NCBI RefSeq assembly: GCF_003966335.1
Contig: NZ_CP034549.1
Span: 2,700,001-2,732,000, forward strand
Direction: 5' to 3'
DNA from: Nonlabens ponticola
GTDB taxonomy: Bacteria > Bacteroidota > Bacteroidia > Flavobacteriales > Flavobacteriaceae
Length of the DNA stretch: 32,000 nt
Shown here: positions 1 through 8,371 of the stretch, piece after piece
Numbering within the stretch: the stretch's first letter is position 1
How the letters are laid out: each line of letters opens with the position of its first letter
The notes under the pieces: generated by a model
Seen by the model: only the letters and a program-made list of their open reading frames with translations
Database searches by the model: none
Told to the model about the DNA's origin: nothing
Translations under genes and position numbers: made by a program

Positions 1-2
1 CA

Positions 3-410
3 AGCAAGGAACTAACCATGCAAGCAGTGACTGAGCAGGTTAAGAAAGCCGGGTACACACCACAAACAGCTAAAATCGTAAGAGCAAACGGCACCATTGA
101 GACCAATGAACCTAAAGCAACCGTAGCAGAACTAGGTACATTGACCACGTCAACAATGATGGTAAACGGTAAATGCGGTATGTGTAAGGCACGCATCGAG
201 AAAACCGTTGCAGATTTACCTGGCGTTCTAGATGCCTCATGGGATGTGAAAACTAAGCAACTTGTGGTGAATCACGATGCTACCATGACCAATAAAGCTG
301 CCATTTCCAAAGAGCTAGCAGCCGTAGGTCACGATACTAAATCCAATAAGGCTAGCGATGCGACTTATGATGCACTACCAGCATGCTGCCACTATAAACG
401 AGCTATATAA
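3..410 (+). CDS. Heavy-metal-associated (HMA) domain protein, probably 5'-partial
   Basis: ORF 18..410, but the frame has no stop back to nt 3. The first residues (..AVTEQVKKAGYTP) look like the tail of a preceding HMA domain. A complete HMA unit follows with metal-binding motif GKCGMCKARIEKTV, and the C terminus carries the Cys pair ALPACCHYK. Confidence 0.75.
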   Translation, partial: SKELTMQAVTEQVKKAGYTPQTAKIVRANGTIETNEPKATVAELGTLTTSTMMVNGKCGMCKARIEKTVADLPGVLDASWDVKTKQLVVNHDATMTNKAAISKELAAVGHDTKSNKASDATYDALPACCHYKRAI

Positions 411-1237
411 TGAAGAAGTTTTTATACATCATCCCGATTGTTATCGGGATGATTTCTTGTAAAGAAGATAAACCAATTGTTATGGAATGGCAATTGGACA
501 AAGTCATTGAATTTGATGGTATCAACCCTATAGGATTGGCGAGCTATGGTGAGAACATCGCTATTAGTGATGGAGATCATAATCGGCTCGTAATGATTGA
601 TCAAGACGGCACCCTAATCAGTGAGGTAGCAGATTTTGATCGTCCCATGCACATCGATGTTAAAAATGACATCATTTATGTTCCAGAATATGGTCGTGAC
701 TCTATCGCAATGGTTGCCAATCAAGAAAGATCCTACCTTAAGTTATCAGACTCGCTGGATGCACCAGCTGGCATAAGTATTTTCAATAATGAAATTGCCA
801 TTGCAGACTTTTACAACAACAAGATTCATTACAATGATGGATCTAGCTGGTCAAGCTTTGGTAAAGAAGGAAAGGCGCTAGGCGACTTCTACTACCCTAC
901 TGATGTTCAAATTACTGATGATTATATCTATGTAGCTGATGCTTATAACAATCGCGGTCAAGTATTTGACAAATCAGGTAAGGTGATAAAAGCCTTCGGC
1001 GAGGATCAAAATTTCAACGCTGCTACAGGCATTTACGTGAGCGACCAAGAGATTTTCCTGACGGACTTTGAGAACAATCGTGTGGTCATTTTCAGTAAAG
1101 ATTATACCGTCCAGCAAGTTATTGAATCAGGAATTGACAAACCTACTGATATGATTGTGGTAGATAATCAACTGTTTATCACTAATTATAGAAAAGGGGA
1201 GTTAGTGATTTATAAGCTGCAACAAGTATCTAGTTAA
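410..1237 (+). CDS. NHL-repeat beta-propeller lipoprotein
   Basis: Lipoprotein signal MKKFLYIIPIVIGMISC (Cys17). Repeated NHL-like units are present, e.g. FYYPTDVQITDDYIYVADAYNNRGQVFD, IAIADFYNNKIHY and IFLTDFENNRVVIF. The ATG overlaps the upstream stop (TAATG). Confidence 0.7.
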   Translation: MKKFLYIIPIVIGMISCKEDKPIVMEWQLDKVIEFDGINPIGLASYGENIAISDGDHNRLVMIDQDGTLISEVADFDRPMHIDVKNDIIYVPEYGRDSIAMVANQERSYLKLSDSLDAPAGISIFNNEIAIADFYNNKIHYNDGSSWSSFGKEGKALGDFYYPTDVQITDDYIYVADAYNNRGQVFDKSGKVIKAFGEDQNFNAATGIYVSDQEIFLTDFENNRVVIFSKDYTVQQVIESGIDKPTDMIVVDNQLFITNYRKGELVIYKLQQVSS

Positions 1238-1255
1238 ATTGATTTTGTTGATTAC

Positions 1256-1269
1256 GCTTTCGCGAAAGC
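1256..1269. repeat. GCTTTCGCGAAAGC palindrome, copy 1 (intergenic; palindrome extends to 18 nt, 1254..1271 ACGC..GCGT)
   Basis: Read directly from the sequence; it is a perfect self-complement. Confidence 0.95.
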
Positions 1270-1294
1270 GTGTTCCCTCTAAACCAATTCAAAT

Positions 1295-2044
1295 ATGACC
1301 ATGAAACACACTTATAACATTGAAGGAATGACCTGCACGAGCTGCAGTGCTGCCGTTGAGAAGTCGCTTAAAAAAGTTGCTGGTATCGACGAGGTAAGCG
1401 TTGATCTGGAAAACAAACAAGCAACGGTAGAAATGAAGCAACATGTGGCTCTATCTGAGCTGCGTGAGACTTTGCCTTCAAAATATTCCATTTCTCAAGT
1501 TGAGGAAACAAACAATTTTAATAATACAGGCGCGACCTCAACTACCATGATGTCCAACAATGTAGAAGAGAGTAAATGGCAACAATTAAAACCGTTATTC
1601 TTGATTTTGGGATATATCGCGGCGGCTACAATCTTGCTCAATTACTCACGTGATAATTGGAATGGGGCGATGCTGGATTTTATGGGATTGTTCTTTATCG
1701 TTTTTAGCTTTTTCAAGATTCTTGATCTTCAAGGTTTTCCTGAAAGCTTTAAAATGTACGATCCACTTGCCAAGATCTTTCCGGCATACGGCTGGATCTA
1801 TCCGTTTATAGAAACAGCACTTGGATTGATGTTCTTGATGCGATTTGAGATTGACATTGCTTTGATAATCACTTTAGTTATCTTGGGAATAACCACTGTA
1901 GGCGTGACTAAAACATTGTTGGATAAAAAATCCATTCAATGTGCTTGTCTGGGAACGGCACTCAAATTACCTATGACCCAAGCTACCTTTATTGAGAACG
2001 CCATCATGATTGTCATGGCAGTGGTCATGTTATTTATCCTTTAA
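1295..2044 (+). CDS. HMA domain fused to a MauE/DoxX-like multi-pass membrane domain
   Basis: N-terminal HMA motif GMTCTSCSAAVEKSLKKV. After a linker there are about 4 hydrophobic helices and a conserved-looking QCACLG Cys pair, as in the CxC(F/L)G motif of MauE-type proteins. Confidence 0.65.
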   Translation: MTMKHTYNIEGMTCTSCSAAVEKSLKKVAGIDEVSVDLENKQATVEMKQHVALSELRETLPSKYSISQVEETNNFNNTGATSTTMMSNNVEESKWQQLKPLFLILGYIAAATILLNYSRDNWNGAMLDFMGLFFIVFSFFKILDLQGFPESFKMYDPLAKIFPAYGWIYPFIETALGLMFLMRFEIDIALIITLVILGITTVGVTKTLLDKKSIQCACLGTALKLPMTQATFIENAIMIVMAVVMLFIL

Positions 2045-2050
2045 AAACAT

Positions 2051-2080
2051 AAATGCCCAGCTCTTGAAAGCTGGGCATTT
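2051..2080. terminator. Bidirectional rho-independent terminator between convergent genes
   Basis: 11-bp stem aaatgcccagc / gctgggcattt with an 8-nt loop. It is flanked by an A-run on one side and a T-run on the other. Confidence 0.75.
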
Positions 2081-2102
2081 TGATGTTGAATAGGCTTATC
2101 GC

Positions 2103-2603
2103 TTACTTACCTTCTGTATCGATACCTAGTTTCATAGCGACTTCCTTAGTGATGTTCACACCAGGCTCTGCATAGATAAGAACTTTACCGTCAACGACTG
2201 CTTTAAGTCCTTTTGCCTTTGCAACTTCCTCGATCGCTTTGTTCAATTTCTCGAGAATTGGCTTCATCAAGTCATTTTCTTTAGCGCCTAATTGCAGCTC
2301 TGCCGCCTTGCTTGAGTTTACATATTCTTTTTGTAACGCAGCTGCCTGTTGTTGGATGTTTTGCTGTTCTGCTTCAGTAACATTAGGCTTCTGAGCTTGA
2401 TACTGCAATTCTTGCATTTTAGCTGCAGACTTTGCTTCCATTTCTTGAAGATCAGCTTGAAGCTTTTGAGTAAGTTGAGTGATCTCTTTACGGATAGGTT
2501 CAACTTCTGGCATGTTTGCAAGAATAGCTTCATACTGCACATATCCTGTTTGTGCCATGGCACTACCTGCGACTAGAAATAATAATAAAAGTACTTTCTT
2601 CAT
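2103..2603 (-). CDS. OmpH/Skp-family periplasmic chaperone
   Basis: Signal peptide MKKVLLLLFLVAGSAMAQ, a Q/E/K-rich coiled-coil core, and a size of about 165 aa typical of Bacteroidetes OmpH. Confidence 0.75.
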   Translation of the reverse strand: MKKVLLLLFLVAGSAMAQTGYVQYEAILANMPEVEPIRKEITQLTQKLQADLQEMEAKSAAKMQELQYQAQKPNVTEAEQQNIQQQAAALQKEYVNSSKAAELQLGAKENDLMKPILEKLNKAIEEVAKAKGLKAVVDGKVLIYAEPGVNITKEVAMKLGIDTEGK

Positions 2604-2715
2604 TTTTGAAATTTTAAAGGGCGCAAGATAAGCAATCTACTTATGTTGCTATTAGTTTGGATGCGATATTCAAATACTAGACCAAAGTTGCAACAGATAG
2701 TTTAATAATATTTAA

Positions 2716-4065
2716 CTACTTCTTATTGCGCCTATTATAGTTTTTATCACCACGCGTTTTAGGCTTCTTGTATTTTTTGGCAATCTCTCTTCTATAGCTA
2801 CCGCCTTGATTGGTTTTCTTATTCTTGTCTTTTTTTTCATGAAAAGAAGCACCTTTCTCATCCTCAATCACCGTATGTGGATTGTAGCGCTCTACAACCC
2901 GAGGTTGCTCCTCTGGTGTTTTTTGTTTTGAGATCTCAACTTCTTCGGGCAAAGAGATGACAGGAATCTCTTGACTCATCAAACTTTCAATCTGCCTTTT
3001 GTATTCTTCTTCTTGTTCCGTATAGAACAACAGCGACGTTCCTTTTTCATCAGCACGACCAGTACGACCTATGCGATGCATGTAATTTTCTGGAAATTTG
3101 GGTGTGTCCATGTTTATAACGTGTGTGATCTTGTCAAGATCCAGACCACGTGCCATGACGTCTGTAGCAATCAAGATGCGAGCATCGCCACCGTCAAACA
3201 ACTCGATACTGCGCAATCGGTAATTTTGAGTCTTGTTAGAATGAATGACCGCAAGCTCACTACCGTAATGGGGTGATAATATTTCCTGTAGTCTATCGGC
3301 ACTCTTTTTTGTTTCTACAAAAACCAGGACTTTAGAATATTCTTGAGCATTGCTCAATAGGTGCATGAGCAAATTTGCCTTGGTATAATAATTAGGAACA
3401 GGATAACAGTATTGATCTATATTCTCTAATGGTGTTCCCGATACGGCGATGCTTATTTTTTCTGGATTGTAAAAATAGGATTTGATGAATTCTTCAATCT
3501 GATCTGTCATCGTCGCTGAGAACATGATGTTTTGCCTGCGTGTAGGCAGGTGATCAAAAATATTAGTCAGCTGAAATCTAAAACCCAAATCCAGCATCAC
3601 ATCTACCTCATCAATCACGACCTTTTTACAATACTTGAGTTTTACCGACTGTGCTACCGTTAGGTCATACAAACGACCTGGCGTAGCAATGAGAATGTCG
3701 CAACCTTCGGCAAGTGCTTTCTTCTGGGTATTGATGTTTGTACCACCGTAGACACCTAAAACACGAGTGTTTATATACTTTGCATAGCTCTCAACTTGCT
3801 CTACTACTTGCACTACTAATTCTCTGGTAGGAACTAAAATCAATACGCGTGGATCCAACGACTCGCTATACTGTAATTCATGAAGTAAAGGCAACATATA
3901 TCCCAATGTCTTTCCAGTACCAGTTTGTGCAATTCCTATGGTATCACGACCACTCAATATTACTGGGAAAGCCTCTTCCTGTATAGGTGTCATGGTTTCA
4001 AATCCTAGATCTACCAATCCATTTAGCAATGGCGTCTTAAGATTAAGGTCTGTAAAGGCTTTCAT
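2716..4065 (-). CDS. DEAD-box ATP-dependent RNA helicase with a basic C-terminal tail
   Basis: Q motif TPIQEEAFP, motif I AQTGTGKT, motif II DEVD, motif III SAT and motif VI HRIGRTGRA; K/R-rich tail. The track start at 4137 is probably over-extended. MKAFTDLNL at 4065 matches a typical helicase N terminus and lies 15 nt downstream of a TAnnTTTG motif. Confidence 0.9.
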   Translation of the reverse strand: MKAFTDLNLKTPLLNGLVDLGFETMTPIQEEAFPVILSGRDTIGIAQTGTGKTLGYMLPLLHELQYSESLDPRVLILVPTRELVVQVVEQVESYAKYINTRVLGVYGGTNINTQKKALAEGCDILIATPGRLYDLTVAQSVKLKYCKKVVIDEVDVMLDLGFRFQLTNIFDHLPTRRQNIMFSATMTDQIEEFIKSYFYNPEKISIAVSGTPLENIDQYCYPVPNYYTKANLLMHLLSNAQEYSKVLVFVETKKSADRLQEILSPHYGSELAVIHSNKTQNYRLRSIELFDGGDARILIATDVMARGLDLDKITHVINMDTPKFPENYMHRIGRTGRADEKGTSLLFYTEQEEEYKRQIESLMSQEIPVISLPEEVEISKQKTPEEQPRVVERYNPHTVIEDEKGASFHEKKDKNKKTNQGGSYRREIAKKYKKPKTRGDKNYNRRNKK

Positions 4066-4080
4066 AATCGTGATTTGATG

Positions 4081-4088
4081 CAAAGGTA
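4081..4088 (-). promoter_or_regulatory. Bacteroidetes -7 promoter element (TACCTTTG on the minus strand) for the helicase
   Basis: Exact match to the TAnnTTTG consensus, 15 nt upstream of the ATG at 4065. Confidence 0.5.
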
Positions 4089-4248
4089 CTTCTTTGAGAA
4101 CTTGAAAACTTGCGTAGAGATAATGAAACCAGTTCAACGTGACAAGCTAGTGCTCGTATTACGCAGAATTTATCTCAGCGCCTCAAGCAAATTCGCCGGG
4201 CAAATGCTGAAACCAGTTTAGCATGACGAGAAACGATTACCAACCGCC

Positions 4249-4256
4249 TATCTTTG
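4249..4256 (+). promoter_or_regulatory. Bacteroidetes -7 promoter element (TATCTTTG) for rlmF
   Basis: Exact TAnnTTTG match ending 4 nt before the GTG at 4261, which implies a leaderless or near-leaderless mRNA. Confidence 0.45.
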
Positions 4257-4260
4257 CTGG

Positions 4261-5115
4261 GTGCATTTAAGAAACATACATCGATACGGGTACGACTTTC
4301 CTAAACTGGTCGCCGCTCACCCTAAATTACAGGATCATATTATAAAAACGCCTACCGGTGCCGAAAGCATAGATTTTGATCAACCGGCGTCTATACTGGC
4401 TTTCAACACGGCATTGCTCAAGCATCACTACAAAGTCAAGTACTGGAAGTTGCCCGCAGGAACGCTTTATCCACCTATTCCTGGGCGTGCAGATTACATT
4501 CATCACCTCGCAGATCTTGTAGGCAAAGGAGAGAAGAAAGGACTAGATATAGGCTGTGGCGCGAGTGCCATCTACCCTATTCTGGGTAATGCCATCTATG
4601 ATTGGACGATGGTAGGTAGCGATGTAGAAGATAGCAGCATCGCATCAGCGCGCGATAACACATTAAAAAATGACGCTATCGAGATACGCCAGCAAGTAGA
4701 TAAATCAAATCTTTTTACAGGTATCATCAAAGAGGGAGAATATTTTGATTTCACGATGTGCAATCCACCTTTTTACGGTAGCGAGGAAGAAGCTCTCAAG
4801 GAGAATTTGAAAAAACAGCGTAAACTAGGCAAAAATCAAGATGGTCGCAATTTCGCTGGTATGGCTCACGAGCTTTGGTGTAATGGCGGTGAGGCCTTGT
4901 TTGTAAAACGATTGATTAAGGAATCAGTTTCTTTTAAGGATCAGGTAGGATGGTTTACTAGTTTGCTTTCGCGAAAGCAAAATCTACCAAAACTTCAAAA
5001 ACAACTCAAAAGACTCAACGCAGATCAACAAGTGATTACCATGCAGACTGGGAATAAGGAAAGTAGAATCCTCGCATGGCGATTTGTAGATCAGGAACCT
5101 AATAAAGAAGCGTAA
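4261..5115 (+). CDS. rlmF: 23S rRNA (adenine1618-N6)-methyltransferase RlmF
   Basis: HLRNIHRYGYDF.., PPIPGRADYIHHLADL, GCGASAIYP (SAM-binding motif) and the catalytic CNPPFY parallel E. coli RlmF. GTG start: the in-frame stop at 4219-4221 leaves no upstream ATG. Confidence 0.85.
   Translation: MHLRNIHRYGYDFPKLVAAHPKLQDHIIKTPTGAESIDFDQPASILAFNTALLKHHYKVKYWKLPAGTLYPPIPGRADYIHHLADLVGKGEKKGLDIGCGASAIYPILGNAIYDWTMVGSDVEDSSIASARDNTLKNDAIEIRQQVDKSNLFTGIIKEGEYFDFTMCNPPFYGSEEEALKENLKKQRKLGKNQDGRNFAGMAHELWCNGGEALFVKRLIKESVSFKDQVGWFTSLLSRKQNLPKLQKQLKRLNADQQVITMQTGNKESRILAWRFVDQEPNKEA
4965..4978. repeat. GCTTTCGCGAAAGC palindrome, copy 2 (inside rlmF; palindrome extends to 20 nt, 4962..4981)
   Basis: Read directly. 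Translated as L-L-S-R-K-Q. Confidence 0.95.
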
Positions 5116-5279
5116 TGTTCGGACTATTCAAGAAAAAAACTGAGGCAGAAAAACTGCAAGAGCAATACTCAAAACTCATGGCAGACTACCACCGACTTTC
5201 TACCACAGACCGCGCAGCGAGCGACGCAGCCTATGCAAAAGCTGATGAGATCGCCAAAAAGCTGGACTCGCTTAAATAA
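5115..5279 (+). CDS. Small 54-aa protein, Lacal_2735-like family (absent from the ORF track)
   Basis: Hand translation gives MFGLFKKKTEAEKLQEQYSKLMADYHRLSTTDRAASDAAYAKADEIAKKLDSLK. The ATG overlaps the rlmF stop (TAATG). The sequence resembles the small helical flavobacterial proteins that begin MFGLFKKK. Confidence 0.6.
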   Translation: MFGLFKKKTEAEKLQEQYSKLMADYHRLSTTDRAASDAAYAKADEIAKKLDSLK

Positions 5280-5280
5280 C

Positions 5281-7065
5281 CTACATCTGGTCTGGTACCT
5301 GAATACCTAATAACTGGCAACCTGTCTTTATAACTTGTGCCGTTTTATAACTCAACAATAATCTGAAGTGTTTGAGATCTGCATTGCTTTCCTCAACAAT
5401 TTTGGGCACGTTTTGATAAAAACTATTGAACTCTTTGACCAGATCAAATAAATAATTTGCCACCAGCGCTGGACTATAATTGCGGGCTGCTGCTTGTACT
5501 GTTTCGGGAAACTGCTGAAGCAATTTGACGATGGCTAGATCCTTGTCAGTCAATTCGAGATTAGTTGCCGCGGTGAGTTGCTGATCATTAAAACCTGCCT
5601 TACTTAAAATCGATTTTATACGGGCATGTGCATATTGAATGAATGGTCCAGTATTACCCTGAAAATCTACCGATTCTTTAGGGTCAAAAACCATGCTTTT
5701 CTTTGGGTCAATCTTGAGCATGAAATACTTGAGAGCTCCTAGGCCTATCATGCGGTATAATTCCTCGCGCTGCTCTTGATCCAGACCGTCTAACTTTCCT
5801 TGTTCTTGTGCTATTTCTCTTGCGGTATTGGTCATTTCGGCGATCATGTCATCTGCATCAACGACCGTTCCTTCTCGAGATTTCATTTTACCATGCGGTA
5901 GCTCAATCATACCATAACTCAAGTGGTACAGGTTGTCTGCCCATTCATAGCCCAGCTTTTTGAGAATCAAAAACAGCACCTTAAAGTGGTAATCCTGCTC
6001 GTTACCCACAGTATAAACCATGCTATCAATATTGTGATCCTTGACGCGCTGTATAGCGGTACCTATATCTTGAGTCATGTAAACGGCCGTACCGTCACTG
6101 CGCAATACGATTTTTTCATCCAGACCATCAGCCGTTAAATCAATCCAGACAGATCCATCCTCTTTCTTGAAGAAAACACCATTGTTGAGTCCATGTGCAA
6201 TCACATCCTTACCTAATAAATAGGTGTCGCTCTCATAATACAAGCTGTCAAAGGTGACGCCTAGATCGCGATACGTGGTGTCAAAACCTGCATAAACCCA
6301 GCCGTTCATCATCTTCCACAATTTAACGGTTTCTTCATCGCCTTGCTCCCATTTGCGCAACATTTCTTGAGCTTCCAGAATGCTAGGCGCATTTTTGGCA
6401 GCTTCTTCCTGTGTTTGACCTTGCGCGACTAGTGCGGCAATCTCCTTTTTATACTCTTGGTCAAACTTCACATAGTAATCACCTACCAATTTATCACCCT
6501 TCACGCCTTGAGATTGAGGCGTCGCATTATCACCATACTTGACCCATGCCAGCATGGATTTACATATATGAATACCGCGATCGTTGATGATTTGGGTTTT
6601 GGTAACTTCTTTACCTGCAGCCTCGATGATTTGAGCCATGGAATAGCCTAGCACTATGTTGCGTATGTGACCTAAATGCAATGGCTTGTTGGTATTAGGT
6701 GAACTGTACTCGACCATGGTACCAGCGGCATCTTCATCTATTACTTTCCTACCATAAGTTTCATTTGCTACAATTGAATTAAAATCTTCCAGAAATGCTT
6801 CTGTCTTTATAGAAAGATTTAAAAATCCCTTGATGACCTCAATGCCTGAAACTAATTTAGTTTGATACTGTAACTCTTCACCTATTGCCTGTCCTATCGC
6901 TGCTGGATTGCCTTTAATGTGGCGCAGCATCGGGAACACCATGATGGTATAATCTCCTGATTGATCCTTTCGCGTAAGCGTAACCTCAACATTTTCCAGC
7001 TTTACTTCATAGAGTTTTTCTACGGCTTTTATGGTTTCTTCCTGCAGTTGTTGCACTAGGTTCAT
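5281..7065 (-). CDS. argS: Arginine--tRNA ligase
   Basis: Class I HIGH motif PLHLGHIRN, KMSKS-like KMKSREG, a C-terminal anticodon-binding region, and about 594 aa. The track start at 7071 is a TTG; the ATG at 7065 (MNLVQQ) is preferred. Confidence 0.93.
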   Translation of the reverse strand: MNLVQQLQEETIKAVEKLYEVKLENVEVTLTRKDQSGDYTIMVFPMLRHIKGNPAAIGQAIGEELQYQTKLVSGIEVIKGFLNLSIKTEAFLEDFNSIVANETYGRKVIDEDAAGTMVEYSSPNTNKPLHLGHIRNIVLGYSMAQIIEAAGKEVTKTQIINDRGIHICKSMLAWVKYGDNATPQSQGVKGDKLVGDYYVKFDQEYKKEIAALVAQGQTQEEAAKNAPSILEAQEMLRKWEQGDEETVKLWKMMNGWVYAGFDTTYRDLGVTFDSLYYESDTYLLGKDVIAHGLNNGVFFKKEDGSVWIDLTADGLDEKIVLRSDGTAVYMTQDIGTAIQRVKDHNIDSMVYTVGNEQDYHFKVLFLILKKLGYEWADNLYHLSYGMIELPHGKMKSREGTVVDADDMIAEMTNTAREIAQEQGKLDGLDQEQREELYRMIGLGALKYFMLKIDPKKSMVFDPKESVDFQGNTGPFIQYAHARIKSILSKAGFNDQQLTAATNLELTDKDLAIVKLLQQFPETVQAAARNYSPALVANYLFDLVKEFNSFYQNVPKIVEESNADLKHFRLLLSYKTAQVIKTGCQLLGIQVPDQM

Positions 7066-7083
7066 GGGCAAAATTTAAGCCCA

Positions 7084-7091
7084 CAAAGATA
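7084..7091 (-). promoter_or_regulatory. Bacteroidetes -7 promoter element (TATCTTTG on the minus strand) for argS
   Basis: Exact TAnnTTTG match, 18 nt upstream of the ATG at 7065. Confidence 0.5.
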
Positions 7092-7124
7092 GGAATTATG
7101 AAAGGCTTGAAGTCTTATACAGAC

Positions 7125-7132
7125 TAAGTTTG
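7125..7132 (+). promoter_or_regulatory. Bacteroidetes -7 promoter element (TAAGTTTG) for the 7145 ORF
   Basis: Exact TAnnTTTG match, 12 nt upstream of the ATG at 7145. Confidence 0.45.
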
Positions 7133-7144
7133 TAACTTGATGCC

Positions 7145-7570
7145 ATGCTATATAATGTATCTTACAATAGACCTAAAATTGATCGTGCCATAAGTGATGA
7201 AGTAGGTGGTGTTTTAAGCTTGCGCGAAAGGTGGAAACTCAAAGGCTCTGGTTCTCCTCAACTCCACATTAATAGTTGTAGCATTCATATTCACAATCTA
7301 TTGGTGCTGGATAACAATGCAGATAAATGTAATATCGAGATACGCGAGAAGGGTATTATCATCAGATTTAGATCATTGCTGGAAACATATGCATTGCCTA
7401 TTCCCTTTTATAAACTCACGATCTACAAAGGCCGCGCTGAGGAATACAGCATTTACCGCGATGATTATTTTGTCAAGGTACGCGCCAATCATAAATCCAT
7501 CCACAAATTCATGGGTAAAATAAGCCAGCTCAAAAGCGATCAGGGTTTCACTTATGTGGATGATTTGTAG
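7145..7570 (+). CDS. Hypothetical protein (141 aa, no recognisable motif)
   Basis: Clean ORF with its own promoter-like motif. No signal peptide, no TM segment, and no motif I can name. Confidence 0.5.
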   Translation: MLYNVSYNRPKIDRAISDEVGGVLSLRERWKLKGSGSPQLHINSCSIHIHNLLVLDNNADKCNIEIREKGIIIRFRSLLETYALPIPFYKLTIYKGRAEEYSIYRDDYFVKVRANHKSIHKFMGKISQLKSDQGFTYVDDL

Positions 7571-7627
7571 GTAGCCTTTATAGACAGGCCGCAAACTAAG
7601 CTATCGAGAATATAATTAATTTTTATT

Positions 7628-8212
7628 CTACATGAACGCAAGTGCCAACCCTATTCCTATTCCCTTACTTTCATAAATGGTACTGCGCCCCAAACTGTCC
7701 TTTCCTGATTTAAGAGTTCTCTTACTATAAAATACATCTGCTTGCAGCAACGTTTTTCCAAGTGGTATTTGGTAGCCAAATCCTAGGTTGATCAATCCGC
7801 CAGTTTGAAAATTGGCATTCCTGATACTTGGATCTACATTGGTACCGATATCAAAGTAACCAAAAAACGAATTATTCTCTGCATTTGAATAGTATCGTAC
7901 ATCTAGATAAATGGGTAATGTATTGAGGTTAGGGTTTTGGAAACCGTCAAGTCCCAATCCTAAGCCAGCAGAAAATTGATCTGTCAAGAAATATCCAGTG
8001 ATAGTGTTTAAGGAATAAACAGCCGTGCCGCTTGCAGATATTTCTGTCGCTACGGTACCCGAATCTGGTGTAAATCTTTCTCGTTCCAGCTCAAATATCG
8101 ACTGCGCACCTATGCGCGTGATATTGAAAAGGCCTCGATCTTCTTGAGCTATACCAAGAGAGTTGATCGTGAGCGAGATAAAAAGAAGAATGTAATTAAG
8201 TTTAATATTCAT
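7628..8212 (-). CDS. Small outer-membrane beta-barrel (porin-family) protein
   Basis: Signal peptide MNIKLNYILLFISLTINSLGIAQ. Alternating hydrophobic and aromatic beta-strand pattern that is G/Y/F rich, with a C-terminal ..GLALAFM. The track start at 8251 is over-extended; the ATG at 8212 gives a proper signal peptide. Confidence 0.65.
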   Translation of the reverse strand: MNIKLNYILLFISLTINSLGIAQEDRGLFNITRIGAQSIFELERERFTPDSGTVATEISASGTAVYSLNTITGYFLTDQFSAGLGLGLDGFQNPNLNTLPIYLDVRYYSNAENNSFFGYFDIGTNVDPSIRNANFQTGGLINLGFGYQIPLGKTLLQADVFYSKRTLKSGKDSLGRSTIYESKGIGIGLALAFM

Positions 8213-8371
8213 AGCTGGTTTTGAAATAATCGAAAAAGTTTTTAGTAACAACTTCTATACCATGGGATTAATTCGGATTCTATATCCTTAGTTACATGAA
8301 TGATATAAGGTAGTTTCACATTTTTGTAACAAATCCATTGTATGGATTACTAACAAGCAAATACTACATTC

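Noticed and set aside
4066-4137. N-terminal extensions proposed by the ORF track: helicase to 4137, OMP to 8251, DUF4198 to 17270, HupE to 18423 and argS to 7071.
   Set aside because: The internal ATGs give canonical N termini or signal peptides, fit the promoter motifs, and avoid overlaps. The extensions rely on TTG starts or cover promoter DNA.
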